Of a stretch of 27,959 nucleotides of DNA, positions 10,201 through 18,638 are shown in pieces (the first letter of the stretch is position 1; each line of letters begins with the position of its first letter). The notes under the pieces are model-generated. The model was not told where the DNA came from. It saw nothing but the letters and a program-made list of their open reading frames with translations, and ran no database searches. Made by a program: the position numbers and the translations under genes. Source of the stretch: a virus (Duplodnaviria; Caudoviricetes); IMG/VR virus record IMGVR_UViG_3300043423_000096, positions 1 through 27,959 of that record. One strand, given 5' to 3'.

Positions 10201-13200
10201 GGAGCGCCGAAGAGCGGCGAAGTAAATTATCCAGAGCCTTCGTTTAGTGAAGCTTCTATAAAATACGCTCTCACTAAAATCAACGAAGTTTTAGGAGGAG
10301 AATTGGTAGGTGGAAACGCTGGATTTGACGCAGATGGGAAACCACAAGCGGTAGTCAATATCATATTCGACAAGGAATCTGGAGACATCGTATTTTACGG
10401 GAATCCCAAAAAGGCCAATAGATCAATCCGAAACAAATTGGAATCAGGGAGATTCGGGAGTGCTGTATTTCTAATCAACAATGCGCTTAATGATTCAATA
10501 ATTGCAAGAGTTGACTCAAAGGACGGCACACCACCACTGGCTCGGTTCCTTGTTGGAATGAAGTTATTTGGCGCAAAGGCATCCAAAGACGACGATGCCG
10601 TAAACCGACGAGCGCAAGGAGAAGTGAAGCAGTGGAGTCTCCGCGATTCCATCATTGACGCGCTCTCAAACGGTGACGTTGCCAACGTGCCGGGAGTAGG
10701 GATGATTTCCCTCACGAAAGATGGGAACCAATGGGTAGCGATGATCGACGGCAAGTCGGTATCCGGGCCAGCGAAAAGAGAAACAGTGGTTTCCGCACTA
10801 GCCAACATTGCCGCGGACCGCAAGGAGGCGAAGAGACCTGCCCCCGCCTCCAAGATGGACATCCTCAACGCGGACTCCAAGATGCTCTTCGCCGACGATG
10901 GCGGATTCATGCTCGGTCAGCAGGATACAACGGACGGCGACAAGGTGGTTGCCGCACGCAAAGCCAAGGAAGACGCCAAAGCAGCGATGGACGCCGCGCA
11001 GGGGGACATTTTCGCGCAACCGACAACACCCGCCAAGCCCGCACTCACCGCCGCAGAGCAATCTCTCAAGGACGCATTCAGCGGACTTATGGACGGGCTG
11101 GATGCGGGGGATCTTGCTCCCGCATCGGAAACCTTCACCAAGAAAATACCTAGAGATAAGCGCGATGCCTTCCTTAACGTGGCCGACAAGCTTGTGGACG
11201 AAGGAATCGACACTCCCGAGAAATTTGCGAGAGCCATCGAAAACATCGGCGGCGGCAAGCTCCGGGAGTATTCAGAAGCGGTGTGGAGCCTAATTCGAGG
11301 CGAACACCCGCATCTTCCCCAATCGTCCGATTGGAGTGGAACTTACCAGAAAATCAGCGACAATAAATCAAATGACAAATCTACCAGCAGTGTATTGGAA
11401 CCAGATCGAAGCAACTCAGGCACTGGCGACACCATCGGCAAAGGAAGCCTTCCAGCTCAACCCGACCCAACTGGCAAAGATGGAGGACGAGTGGGCGAAA
11501 CTGGAGAAACAGGCAGGAACCCCTCCAAGCCTAGTAATGAGCGTGATGATTTGCCTTCCCCTCCTAGCGGAAAAGACGGCGATTCAATCGTTCGTCGGCC
11601 GTCACCCGAACTTGAGGGGAGCCCTACCGGACATAAACAGCGCGAGCGAAGCGGCAACCCTGATGAAGTCGGAGTGGAAGCTAACGGACGCGGACCTGAC
11701 GACGCTCACGGTGATCTTGTCATCGCCCCAAGCCCTCAATCGGTGGCGCATGGCGGCGTTGAAGGCATCCGAGACGCCGTAAGTATTAAGCGGTCAGTTC
11801 CAGTCTTGACCGTGGATCAAGCGGCCGACGTGGCGTTCATCGAAGAGCGATTCCATGGCAAGGGCAAGCCCGGCGTGCTTCTAACCAATGGCACAGGGAC
11901 AGGGAAAACCTTTAGTGCCCTTGGCGCGATCAAACGGGCACTAAACGGTGGCGAAAACCATGTCCTTATCGTAGTCCCGTCACATCCGATTGCCGACGCA
12001 TGGCTCAACGCGGCCAAGGATCATTTTGGGATCAACGACATGGTGAAGTTGAGTGGAGTCACGGATCACGGCAACGAGAACCGAGTCGTGATCACCACCT
12101 ATTCCAACATGGGGCAGAACAACGAACTGGTGAAGCGCCCGTGGGGGCTGGTTGTCAGCGACGAGTCCCACAGCTACACCCAAGGCAAAGACGGAAACCC
12201 GACGAATGCGATGGACACACTCCGGGGCCTGACATGGCACCCGAAAGATGGGGTTTTCAGGCGCGTCGGGATGGAGATGCCCTCTGAAATTGCAGAAATG
12301 AAGGCCATCACGGAGGCGATGAAAATCAACGACAGGTTGAGTAATCACGACGACACGATGGATCAGGCTCGCCAATCCTACCAAGCTGAAAACCGAAAGC
12401 TCCTAGCCCGCTATAATGTGCTGGCCGACAAAGTAAGTGTCAGAAAGGGCCAGCTTGAAAAGATCGCTGCCAACATGAAGGAAGCGGACAGGCCAAAAGC
12501 GCTTTTCCTCTCAGCCACGCCATTTGCCTACGCCAAAAGCACCATCTACGGCGAAGGGTATCTCTTCGATCATGGACCGGCGCCGACCGACCGCCGCTAC
12601 AACTCCGGCACCGCCAGCGACCGCTTCATGATGGATCATTTCGGCTACAGTATGCGCTACAACAAGCTCACTGCGCCGGAGAATGCTGCGGCAGCCGGGG
12701 CATTGGAACGGCTGTTCTCTGAAAAGCTCAAGCGAGATGGAGCCATGCGCGGACGGATGCTCGATGTTCCCCACGATTACAGCCGAGATTTCGTATTGGT
12801 CGAAAGTATGGTGGGAACGCATATTGACCGGATTCTCGATCTCGTGACGAAAGAGGGTCGTTTTCAGCCGCTGCGGAAATCGCTCGGTATTGGGAATTAC
12901 ATGTTTCGTCGGTATCTGCTCGAAGCACTGAAGGTGCGGGAGGCCGTCGCACGGATCAATCAGCACTTGGAACTTGGCCGAAAAGTCGTCGTCTTCCACG
13001 ACTACAAGAAGAACGAGTCCACCAACCCGCTTCGCCTCTCTTTCAACACACCTGAAACGACCGCCGCCTATGCGATGCTGAAGAACGAAGTCCCAGGATT
13101 CGACAACATCGTCAGGATGCTCGACGGGCTGAAATCGCCGATTGACGTGATCAGCTCAGAGTTCCCAAGCTCCGGGATTTTCAACGGTGACGTTACACCG

Positions 13201-16200
13201 AAGAAGCGTAGCGAAATCGTCAAGGAATTCAACCGCTCAGGAAGCCCGATGAACGTCGTCCTCTTTCAAAGGGGGAGCGCCAAGGAAGGCGTTTCCATGC
13301 ACGACGTGGACGGAAAGCACCAGCGCGTGTTCATCGATATCGGTATTCCATCACGCCCCACCGATGCCATTCAAGGAGAGGGCCGGACTATTCGATTGGG
13401 AATGAAGAGCGATGGAATCATCGAATACCTCACCACCGGAACCAATTTCGAGCGATGGACGTTCGCGCAAACCATCGCTTCCCGCGCCAGCACCGCCGAG
13501 AATCTGGCGATGGGAGAAAATGCCCGCTCGCTTCTGCAATCATTCGCCACCGGATACGATGGGGCGGAAGCACTCAAGCCGTCATCCAGCCAAGGAAAGG
13601 GCGGAAAGGCCGCCGATTCAATGCGTGACAACGGCGATCCCTACGACAACGCCGTTGCGCTCTATTACACCAACCAGAAGAAGACATCGAAGACGAAAGC
13701 CGCTGAAGGAGTGGATTACTTCGCCACACCGGAGCCGCTTGGATTCAAGATGGTCGAATGGTCTGGGACGCGACTTGGAGACAAGATTCTTGAGCCTAGC
13801 GCAGGCCATGGAGCAATCGCCCGATTCTTCCCCGATACGGCCACCCGCCACGCCGTAGAACCATCCTACGAGCTCTCAGGTCGTCTCGCCTTGAACTCGC
13901 CAGACACCAACATCCACCAGAGCAACTTCGAGGATTTCAACGTGGCGAACAAGTTCAACACCATCGTCATGAATCCGCCGTTTGGCACCGCAGGCAAGAC
14001 CGCGATGGACCACTTGGCGAAGGCGTTCAAGCACCTCAAGGACGGCGGGCGACTCGTTGCGCTGATCCCCGAGGGAAGTTCGATGGGAAAGCGGTTCGAT
14101 ACGTGGTATGACTCCACGGAAGGTGTTCATTCAGCGGCAGAAATCAAGCTGCCGCCATCGACGTTCTCCCGTGCTGGCACCTCCGTCTCAACCCGGATCG
14201 TGATCCTCGACAAGGTGACGGCCGAGAATGCAGTGAACCCAGTGAAGCGTGATCTTTCCAACGCCACTGACATCAAAGACCTGTTCGCTCGCCTGAAGGA
14301 AATCTCAGTGCCGGAACGCCCGGAACCGGCTGTTCAATTCACGCCGGAAGCGGCCGTCTCGAAACTCTTCACCGAGGGTCGCGGCTCAACTCTCCCAAAT
14401 CACAGCAATGACAGCGACACGTTCTCGCCGGACGACTTCATGCACACAAAGAATGGAACGCGGGTCTATGTCGCCAAGATCAATAAGCCGCTCGATGCAG
14501 AAGCATACGGCGCGGCCAAGAAGCGGGCGTCTCAGCATGGAGGCTACTACAGCTCATTCAACGGCGCTGGAGCCATTCGAGGCTTCCACTTCCCGGACGC
14601 GGAATCCCGTGACTCTTTCATTGGCAAGACGTTCACGAGTGGCGACGATGCTCTCCACGCCGGTGACTTGCCAAAGCGTTCTTCCAATAAAGCACCCCTC
14701 CGCGCCGACTCTCCAGAGTGGAAGGCAATGAGCAAGGACGAGCGGATGGGTTACCTCAAAGGGCGAGGGGATACCCGTTCACGACCGGAGACTTCAGCCA
14801 AGAGCATGACTTCCATTGCTGACGTGGTGAAGGCTATCCGTGCTGGGGATACCGAGACCCCCTTGAAAGCAGTCAACGAAGTCGTCAAGGAATCGCAGGA
14901 ACTCAGAAGCCGAGTCAAAGCAGAATCAGAACGTCGCCACGGACCACGTAGCAGAGGACAAGCGGCCATCTTGGAACGTATCGCCCGTGAAAGGGCCGCA
15001 GGCACGGTCAGTGACGAGGCGGCGAAAGCATTGACCGACTTCATCAATAAGTTGAATCCACGATTCATTGAAGGCGACGCCATTTCCATCAAAAAGAAAG
15101 GCAATGGAGGCGTTTACCACTTCGCCAACCAACTCATTTCACTTTTCCACGGACAAAAAGGAGTCACTGCTCACACGGGAATCCATGAATTCTGGCACGG
15201 CTTGAGCCAGTATTTACCCTATGAAGAAGCGAGGCAGATCGAATCGGACTACAAGAAGGACTTAGCCGCCCACATCAAAAAGAACCCCGGATTTATGGCG
15301 ATGGTGGGTCGATATGGGATGACTCAGGATCAATATGACGGTTATTCAAAGTTCGCCTCTCCCAAGGATCTCGCAAGGCTCACTAAGCTCCCTACCACTA
15401 ATTCTGAAGGGAACGACTACCGGATCAATTTCACCGACGAGGATTATCGTTACGTGATGGTGGACGAGTATTTAGCGGAGAAGATGGCCGACCTTGTGAT
15501 CAACAAGCAGAAGCCGCTACCGAATACCATCATGGGAAAACTGGCAGCAATGTTCCGTGAGTTCATGGAAATGGTCAGGACAAAAATAGGGAAGAATCCC
15601 TACGAAAAGTTCTACAACGAGGTGATGGATACCGATTCACGCCGCACACAACAACGGTTTGGGCCATTGAAATCACCAGAGCAAATCTTCGAACCTCAAA
15701 AGGGATCGAAGATGAACGTGCGGCTCTCGCCAGAGAAGTCCGCCGACGTTGAAAGCATCCTCCACGCCGGGGTGCTCCCGAGGCGAGCCGTCTCCGCCGT
15801 CCAGAACGTCGCACGCAAGACGCCGGGCCTCGACATCGTGAAGGGAGTTAATGAAGGGGTGCTTTCACTCTTGGTCCCGTCGATGAAGAGTGATCAGCAC
15901 CTCAAGGAAGCGCAGACCTTGGGAGCGAAGCTGGGAGCGATGCACCGCCGCCAAGAGGCGACGAACCACGATTTCAGCAAGGACTTGTTGATGTTCGACA
16001 AGCTGGGCGTCCACCGCAAGGATATGGCCGACGAGCGGAACCCGGCGTTCAAGTTCATGAGCGACATGAGCACCGGACGACTGATGGGGCCTGCGATGGC
16101 CGGGGTGGCAGCGAGGATCAAGGCGATCAACGACATCAAGGTGGATCTCCTCGAAAAGGCGGGCGCGCCGTTGCAATCGGTTCGCGATAATTACTTCCCT

Positions 16201-18501
16201 GGTATTTGGACGAAGGAGAGCAGAGATGCGTTCAACCTCGCTATGAGTGAGGCACGCAAGGCTGGCATCATTGATGAAAGCACAGGAGTCAATCACGCGA
16301 CCAAGGCTCAGAAGGACTGGGTTAAAGCCAAGGTGAACGAATACCTGAAGAGCGGGAAAGGATCGAAGACCGACGCTATCGGATTCCTCACTAGAACTCC
16401 GTTCAAGGGGAAGGAGAGCTTCCGTAAGGGTAAGGTGTTCGATGACGACATCATGACGGCTATTGAGTTCGGACTGAGGCCAGTATCGAACAATCCCATC
16501 GACCTCATGAAGCTCAAGTGGGCGGAGATGGACCGTAGTATCATGGCGAACCAAGCCATCCAGCAATGGACCAGCGAAGGGAAACAGAAGATGTTCCGCC
16601 CCGGCCAAAAGGTTCCTGAAGGATGGGTGAAGATGAACGACAAATACGGAACCGTCTATGGTCCCCGTGAAATCGAAGTCACCTCACGCAATTCGAGATT
16701 GATCGACGATTACGGCAACCCGGTGAACCTTCAAGACGTGGGACTCACCGCGATGCCGCCAGACGGCACCAAACTCAAGGTTCGAGTCCCGGGCATGATG
16801 ATCATGGGCCACCGCTACATCACCAAGGAGGTCGGCGACGTGCTGAACAACTACCTGTCCAGCTCGCTCTACAACAACCAGTATTTCGGCCACGCTTACA
16901 AGGCATGGATGGGCATGAGCAACGCGCTCAACATGGCGCAGCTCGGAGTCAGCGGCTTCCACGCCGGATTCATCGCCGGAGAAGCGCAAGTCTCCGCCAA
17001 TGCCAACGTGATGAAGGATCTTTACGGAGTGCTTCGAGGAAACCGCAATCTGTCCGACGTGGTGAAATCAGCCAGCAAAGCGGTGGTCGCTATTCCTGAG
17101 ACGTTCCTCACCGGTGGCAAGATGCGCCAAGCGTGGAACAACCCGGAAGCGATCCTCGACCAACGATACGCGCCACTGGCGAAAGCTTTTGAATTGGCCG
17201 GCATGGGACTCACGCAAGAGCGAGGAATCCGACCTGACCACGTTGCCGAAATGAAGCGTGCCCATTACAGCGGGAGATCGGTGAAGGCAGCCATGCTCTC
17301 ACCGCTCGCGGCGTTCGAGTTGATGTCTTACCCGATCATGAGGAGCTTGGTCCCAAGGATGAAGGCCGGGGTGTTCGCGCACTTGGCACAACGCGTGATC
17401 GATCAGAATGACAAACTTCCCGCCGACAAGCAGAAGACGATGGAAGAAATGACTCCTGAGTTCCGTCAAATCGGAAACCGTGTTGATTCACGGATGGGTC
17501 AAGTTCGCTACGACCGATTGATGATTCACAACACCGCCAAGAACGTCATTCAGGCACTTGTTCGTGCGCCGGGCTGGAGCGGTGGCACCATCGCTGAAAT
17601 CGGAGGTGCAGTGAAGGATACCGCGCAATTTGCCAAGGAATGGGCGAAGTCTGGCAAGCCTCCCGCCGACATGCCGGACCGAGTGGCTTACACGTTGTCG
17701 CTCGCCATCTCAGTCGCTGCGGCCAATGCTATTCTAACTTATGCTCTGACAGGGGAGCCGCCGGAGGACAAGGACTTCATTGCCTTCCGCACGGGCGGCA
17801 CCGACAGCCGGGGGAACCCTGAGCGTTTGCTGCTCCCCACCTATGCCAAGGACATCATGGCTTACTCAAAGCACCCGATTGACACGTTGTTCCACAAGAC
17901 CCACCCGATGATCTCATTGGTGAACGACATCGTGAAAAACAAGGATTATTTCGGGACGGAAGTCCGCCACGCCGACGACAGCATTCCCAAGCAGGCCATG
18001 GACGTGGCCAACTATGTTCTCAAGGCGGCAACACCGTTCTCGATCCAAGGCATTATTAAGCAAAACGAGGGGAACAACCCGCTTTACGCCAAGGTCGCGC
18101 CGATGATCGGAATCACTCCTGCATCACGCACGCTCATACAAAGCAAAGCGGAGGAATTGGCGTCGGAATACGCCACTCAAGGGGCGAAGGACCGTGGGGC
18201 AAGGACGCAAGAGCAGGCGGACAAGAGCCGGGAAAAATACAAGATCGTCGAGAAAATCCGCATGAAGCAACCCGTCAATTTCGGGGAAGCCATCAAGGCG
18301 GGGACCATCACCATGGCCGACCTTCCCAAGCTGAGGGAAAGGGCGATGATTTCACCGCTCGCTTATTCGTTCAAGCGGCTCAACGTTGACCAAGCCGAAG
18401 CGGTTTATCGCTTGGCTTCACCCAAGGAGAAGATCGAACTCCAGCGGATGCTCGTTGAAAAGAAAATGAGAGCCAATGACTTCTCGCCGATGGATAGGTG
18501 A
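4213..18501 (+). CDS. Giant DarB-like polyvalent protein (~4,760 aa): SF2 helicase, N6-adenine DNA methyltransferase, zincin metallopeptidase and LPD38-like C-terminus
   Basis: 14.3-kb uninterrupted ORF; ATG 4213 is preferred over GTG 4180. Helicase motifs: GTGTGKT (11890-11910), DESH (12160), SATP (12511), KEGVSMHD, QGEGRTIR (13372). MTase motifs: YFATPEPL, ILEPSAGHG (EPSAG at 13792), NPPF (13972). Peptidase motif HEFWH (15184) with a downstream DEYLAE. The C-terminal HPMISL..NKDYFG segment resembles LPD38. Confidence 0.92.
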   Translation: MSAYDKTFRQKSPDQIPTGQDQSAMDADPSPKSGGNVKVGAPIWEKFTTNTDAYNKAAVQAEDDTIRQTNYQNRQAAIQPTQPTQPTQPTWRGAAGKLVRKVRGQPTEMLDPNEFVDHPTGGSEARKSLWDAEVRKTRAEAQSYGDSLANPAFQAQKMSDKDRETALMMGSTMQETDPEHVRLKARLKGDDDYRAQQQAHWDATTRAHQLENTDADSWFQNQRTAQTNANRGEIVAQAQAEHADAEQAQSALAADKAALDAKMLQGVKGSELPAVQAQRQTMASAETGIADQKAGADAKLDQVKLAAAAPAPEEPKDFFRAGDTISGIWDAVKGFGAAAPAAFHQLTQGLVHPDDYSESAKQAMAEADAFSSEMQAKTDANRKSGTSSSTGETFRELGPSLAFSGANMLTQLAVKGAATLAGVGTGVAAGTAGGPAAPVTAPAGGIIGGVGAWVASEGPALAAGAAAAYRMAGAQYLYDAFKYIKQVKGRDLTPEESADYYEKLLPHAQRSAMAESVPEAVGNSISIKGVKALAGLTKSAATIAAEKLALETGKAVVKRTMAGKMKDAGVAAAKMILGEIGTETITAQYQTPEQANAEDIAYDQAPTAKPDWSLEGITKSAKELTGPVLAQSAFMAGLGGGIRGGLKVLGAGRTPSNPDDAILQATNDHLATVDPTAPPATIDEMQEAHKMFNGHADPATQAQRYADGVLIHRQLRGVESEDATAIEAAKSNLEAVKTSGVAGKPAIAAAEAAVEIAKANGGRADLVRGAMKIASGLRVQELTDEELTQMGWERKGGGVNSTLKPLGSKELAANGLSKPLLRFDPKSGHSPILTDEALKRVKAVSPDARAKISMDESSARTSAQTKYDTNNPPPVQPSVTPPPVVTPVTNATPPAPINPANPVPVQGVSAVTPPAPPPVTPAAPPAAPPAAPPAGAAPVVAPPIQPPAAHESAIDVVARLRAAGLADDAIQAHPEFIAAVKQDGNPKAPAQPVQAADESPDDVVSRLLQEGVPDEEIAAHPEYIAAAEKAEQAERDNESASNLSDDEQQDLQDELDAEFNDELPPADDDTPTPSTVDPSDTAKVAGLFRKLIDTHTKRNARLKERISLDPDVRASTTSDGKIYLNPEQVAHDALESGMSGKDALEYAKRVLDEEIIHSADFDAFEVIRKELGSKLTPDQFRKQHGAKLWEDNYAGQNQKKGDHIRDLYVADATDPESLKKWDRMTDDQKLMEANRIVLTKMEPTEAMKLLAGITEDLKNLIRKTLEAIQGMVQTPALQAHAKTLQAELEKLTSDDAVKGGLPPGNTAKPALTPAEQSLKGAFSGLMDGLDKSEKPTAKTNDPTGVLAMLDKSEDANDYIIDLRHSKTKVNNGEEAWQLYLKWSGVASGRYSIETLLPKEEFLKKWNALASSPEKGANPPVTVSAVSPDGVQGDPETGGSPSVVLPIETKGGKAETVIANIRKKRELEKKTFPKGFSTESDPMASGEGLVILLDANDNEVADGLTIEEAVTKAWAIAGGDQFAASKRLMTKHGVTEADLGKSAAEEKPAMDTSHLIALEEGLARKKGYLRDAKTENERRMRQVHVNQAEKELAKEREALGLPPEEPFNASDQELLDELEAPGVPPAANIGNWTELQANTREFNDKKTTKSRKAEIIARQAELRKILRDEGHSASDIHEFEMLRADIPESAQKAIPVEEKPAKPAKPAKKRRALVTSARSEAYRLLRSGVPPNICKVVGQKIQSPPAGMLKILRNIQKSGSRKLTNSELKLLESWEGFDSYAPKYAFGSDFNGRVAQELHRMLFTKYKSNVAIGDWTGLLGYNLKNDEAMILVMDELTQVSRGMEDGNDPNRELTPAEELQWTAFGEANQWGIGKFDVFPEDFETGSVLTIAGEELTLISKRDGEASLEDGDRFGTKRVPLGVSLWLDSTITPFNEAEEAVAERLVDELEALGYDSPHEFRESEPEEFARIAAEEFAAQEEIDRARAKQAGSSLSNDSGAPKSGEVNYPEPSFSEASIKYALTKINEVLGGELVGGNAGFDADGKPQAVVNIIFDKESGDIVFYGNPKKANRSIRNKLESGRFGSAVFLINNALNDSIIARVDSKDGTPPLARFLVGMKLFGAKASKDDDAVNRRAQGEVKQWSLRDSIIDALSNGDVANVPGVGMISLTKDGNQWVAMIDGKSVSGPAKRETVVSALANIAADRKEAKRPAPASKMDILNADSKMLFADDGGFMLGQQDTTDGDKVVAARKAKEDAKAAMDAAQGDIFAQPTTPAKPALTAAEQSLKDAFSGLMDGLDAGDLAPASETFTKKIPRDKRDAFLNVADKLVDEGIDTPEKFARAIENIGGGKLREYSEAVWSLIRGEHPHLPQSSDWSGTYQKISDNKSNDKSTSSVLEPDRSNSGTGDTIGKGSLPAQPDPTGKDGGRVGETGETGRNPSKPSNERDDLPSPPSGKDGDSIVRRPSPELEGSPTGHKQRERSGNPDEVGVEANGRGPDDAHGDLVIAPSPQSVAHGGVEGIRDAVSIKRSVPVLTVDQAADVAFIEERFHGKGKPGVLLTNGTGTGKTFSALGAIKRALNGGENHVLIVVPSHPIADAWLNAAKDHFGINDMVKLSGVTDHGNENRVVITTYSNMGQNNELVKRPWGLVVSDESHSYTQGKDGNPTNAMDTLRGLTWHPKDGVFRRVGMEMPSEIAEMKAITEAMKINDRLSNHDDTMDQARQSYQAENRKLLARYNVLADKVSVRKGQLEKIAANMKEADRPKALFLSATPFAYAKSTIYGEGYLFDHGPAPTDRRYNSGTASDRFMMDHFGYSMRYNKLTAPENAAAAGALERLFSEKLKRDGAMRGRMLDVPHDYSRDFVLVESMVGTHIDRILDLVTKEGRFQPLRKSLGIGNYMFRRYLLEALKVREAVARINQHLELGRKVVVFHDYKKNESTNPLRLSFNTPETTAAYAMLKNEVPGFDNIVRMLDGLKSPIDVISSEFPSSGIFNGDVTPKKRSEIVKEFNRSGSPMNVVLFQRGSAKEGVSMHDVDGKHQRVFIDIGIPSRPTDAIQGEGRTIRLGMKSDGIIEYLTTGTNFERWTFAQTIASRASTAENLAMGENARSLLQSFATGYDGAEALKPSSSQGKGGKAADSMRDNGDPYDNAVALYYTNQKKTSKTKAAEGVDYFATPEPLGFKMVEWSGTRLGDKILEPSAGHGAIARFFPDTATRHAVEPSYELSGRLALNSPDTNIHQSNFEDFNVANKFNTIVMNPPFGTAGKTAMDHLAKAFKHLKDGGRLVALIPEGSSMGKRFDTWYDSTEGVHSAAEIKLPPSTFSRAGTSVSTRIVILDKVTAENAVNPVKRDLSNATDIKDLFARLKEISVPERPEPAVQFTPEAAVSKLFTEGRGSTLPNHSNDSDTFSPDDFMHTKNGTRVYVAKINKPLDAEAYGAAKKRASQHGGYYSSFNGAGAIRGFHFPDAESRDSFIGKTFTSGDDALHAGDLPKRSSNKAPLRADSPEWKAMSKDERMGYLKGRGDTRSRPETSAKSMTSIADVVKAIRAGDTETPLKAVNEVVKESQELRSRVKAESERRHGPRSRGQAAILERIARERAAGTVSDEAAKALTDFINKLNPRFIEGDAISIKKKGNGGVYHFANQLISLFHGQKGVTAHTGIHEFWHGLSQYLPYEEARQIESDYKKDLAAHIKKNPGFMAMVGRYGMTQDQYDGYSKFASPKDLARLTKLPTTNSEGNDYRINFTDEDYRYVMVDEYLAEKMADLVINKQKPLPNTIMGKLAAMFREFMEMVRTKIGKNPYEKFYNEVMDTDSRRTQQRFGPLKSPEQIFEPQKGSKMNVRLSPEKSADVESILHAGVLPRRAVSAVQNVARKTPGLDIVKGVNEGVLSLLVPSMKSDQHLKEAQTLGAKLGAMHRRQEATNHDFSKDLLMFDKLGVHRKDMADERNPAFKFMSDMSTGRLMGPAMAGVAARIKAINDIKVDLLEKAGAPLQSVRDNYFPGIWTKESRDAFNLAMSEARKAGIIDESTGVNHATKAQKDWVKAKVNEYLKSGKGSKTDAIGFLTRTPFKGKESFRKGKVFDDDIMTAIEFGLRPVSNNPIDLMKLKWAEMDRSIMANQAIQQWTSEGKQKMFRPGQKVPEGWVKMNDKYGTVYGPREIEVTSRNSRLIDDYGNPVNLQDVGLTAMPPDGTKLKVRVPGMMIMGHRYITKEVGDVLNNYLSSSLYNNQYFGHAYKAWMGMSNALNMAQLGVSGFHAGFIAGEAQVSANANVMKDLYGVLRGNRNLSDVVKSASKAVVAIPETFLTGGKMRQAWNNPEAILDQRYAPLAKAFELAGMGLTQERGIRPDHVAEMKRAHYSGRSVKAAMLSPLAAFELMSYPIMRSLVPRMKAGVFAHLAQRVIDQNDKLPADKQKTMEEMTPEFRQIGNRVDSRMGQVRYDRLMIHNTAKNVIQALVRAPGWSGGTIAEIGGAVKDTAQFAKEWAKSGKPPADMPDRVAYTLSLAISVAAANAILTYALTGEPPEDKDFIAFRTGGTDSRGNPERLLLPTYAKDIMAYSKHPIDTLFHKTHPMISLVNDIVKNKDYFGTEVRHADDSIPKQAMDVANYVLKAATPFSIQGIIKQNEGNNPLYAKVAPMIGITPASRTLIQSKAEELASEYATQGAKDRGARTQEQADKSREKYKIVEKIRMKQPVNFGEAIKAGTITMADLPKLRERAMISPLAYSFKRLNVDQAEAVYRLASPKEKIELQRMLVEKKMRANDFSPMDR
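4447..4482 (+). repeat. Perfect tandem repeat (CAACCGACG)x4 encoding QPT x4
   Basis: Read directly from the sequence. Confidence 0.95.
6971..7015 (+). repeat. Tandem repeat (CGCCTGCGGCAC)x3.75 in a Pro/Ala linker
   Basis: Read directly; encodes PAAP repeats. Confidence 0.92.
8129..8202 (+). repeat. 74-bp direct repeat, copy 1 (AKPALTPAEQSLKGAFSGLMDGLD)
   Basis: Aligns without gaps to 11030-11103 with 5 mismatches. The offset is 2901 nt, which is in frame. Confidence 0.95.
9304..9333 (+). repeat. Tandem repeat (AAGCCCGCC)x3 encoding KPA x3
   Basis: Read directly from the sequence. Confidence 0.9.
11030..11103 (+). repeat. 74-bp direct repeat, copy 2 (AKPALTAAEQSLKDAFSGLMDGLD)
   Basis: 69/74 identical to 8129-8202. 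Confidence 0.95.
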
Positions 18502-18540
18502 CGCCGGAGGCTATTCCTCAACGCCTTCGAAGAAAAAGGT

Positions 18541-18633
18541 GGCCTGTCATGACCCAGATTGTGAGCCTAACTCCAAGGCGCTCAGGGGGCGACCCTGAGA
18601 ACATCGGCTTGTTTTAGCTGTCACTGGCAGACC
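18541..18633 (-). ncRNA. Candidate ~93-nt structured non-coding RNA, unclassified
   Basis: 5' GGUCUGCCAGUGAC pairs with 3' GUCAUGACAGGCC (one mismatch, one bulge). It encloses the hairpins CUCAGGG/CCCUGAG and GCCU/AGGC and is followed by ACCUUUUU. Confidence 0.45.
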
Positions 18634-18638
18634 GTTGT

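Noticed and set aside
8129-11103. Diversity-generating retroelement template/variable repeat pair, or attL/attR sites
   Set aside because: Mismatches are not confined to adenines (one is C/G, one C/T), both copies are mid-gene, and no reverse transcriptase or integrase is present in the window.
4246-17822. Many 60-250-aa ORFs overlapping the giant gene on both strands
   Set aside because: Shadow ORFs expected from GC-rich codon bias; none has a recognisable motif.
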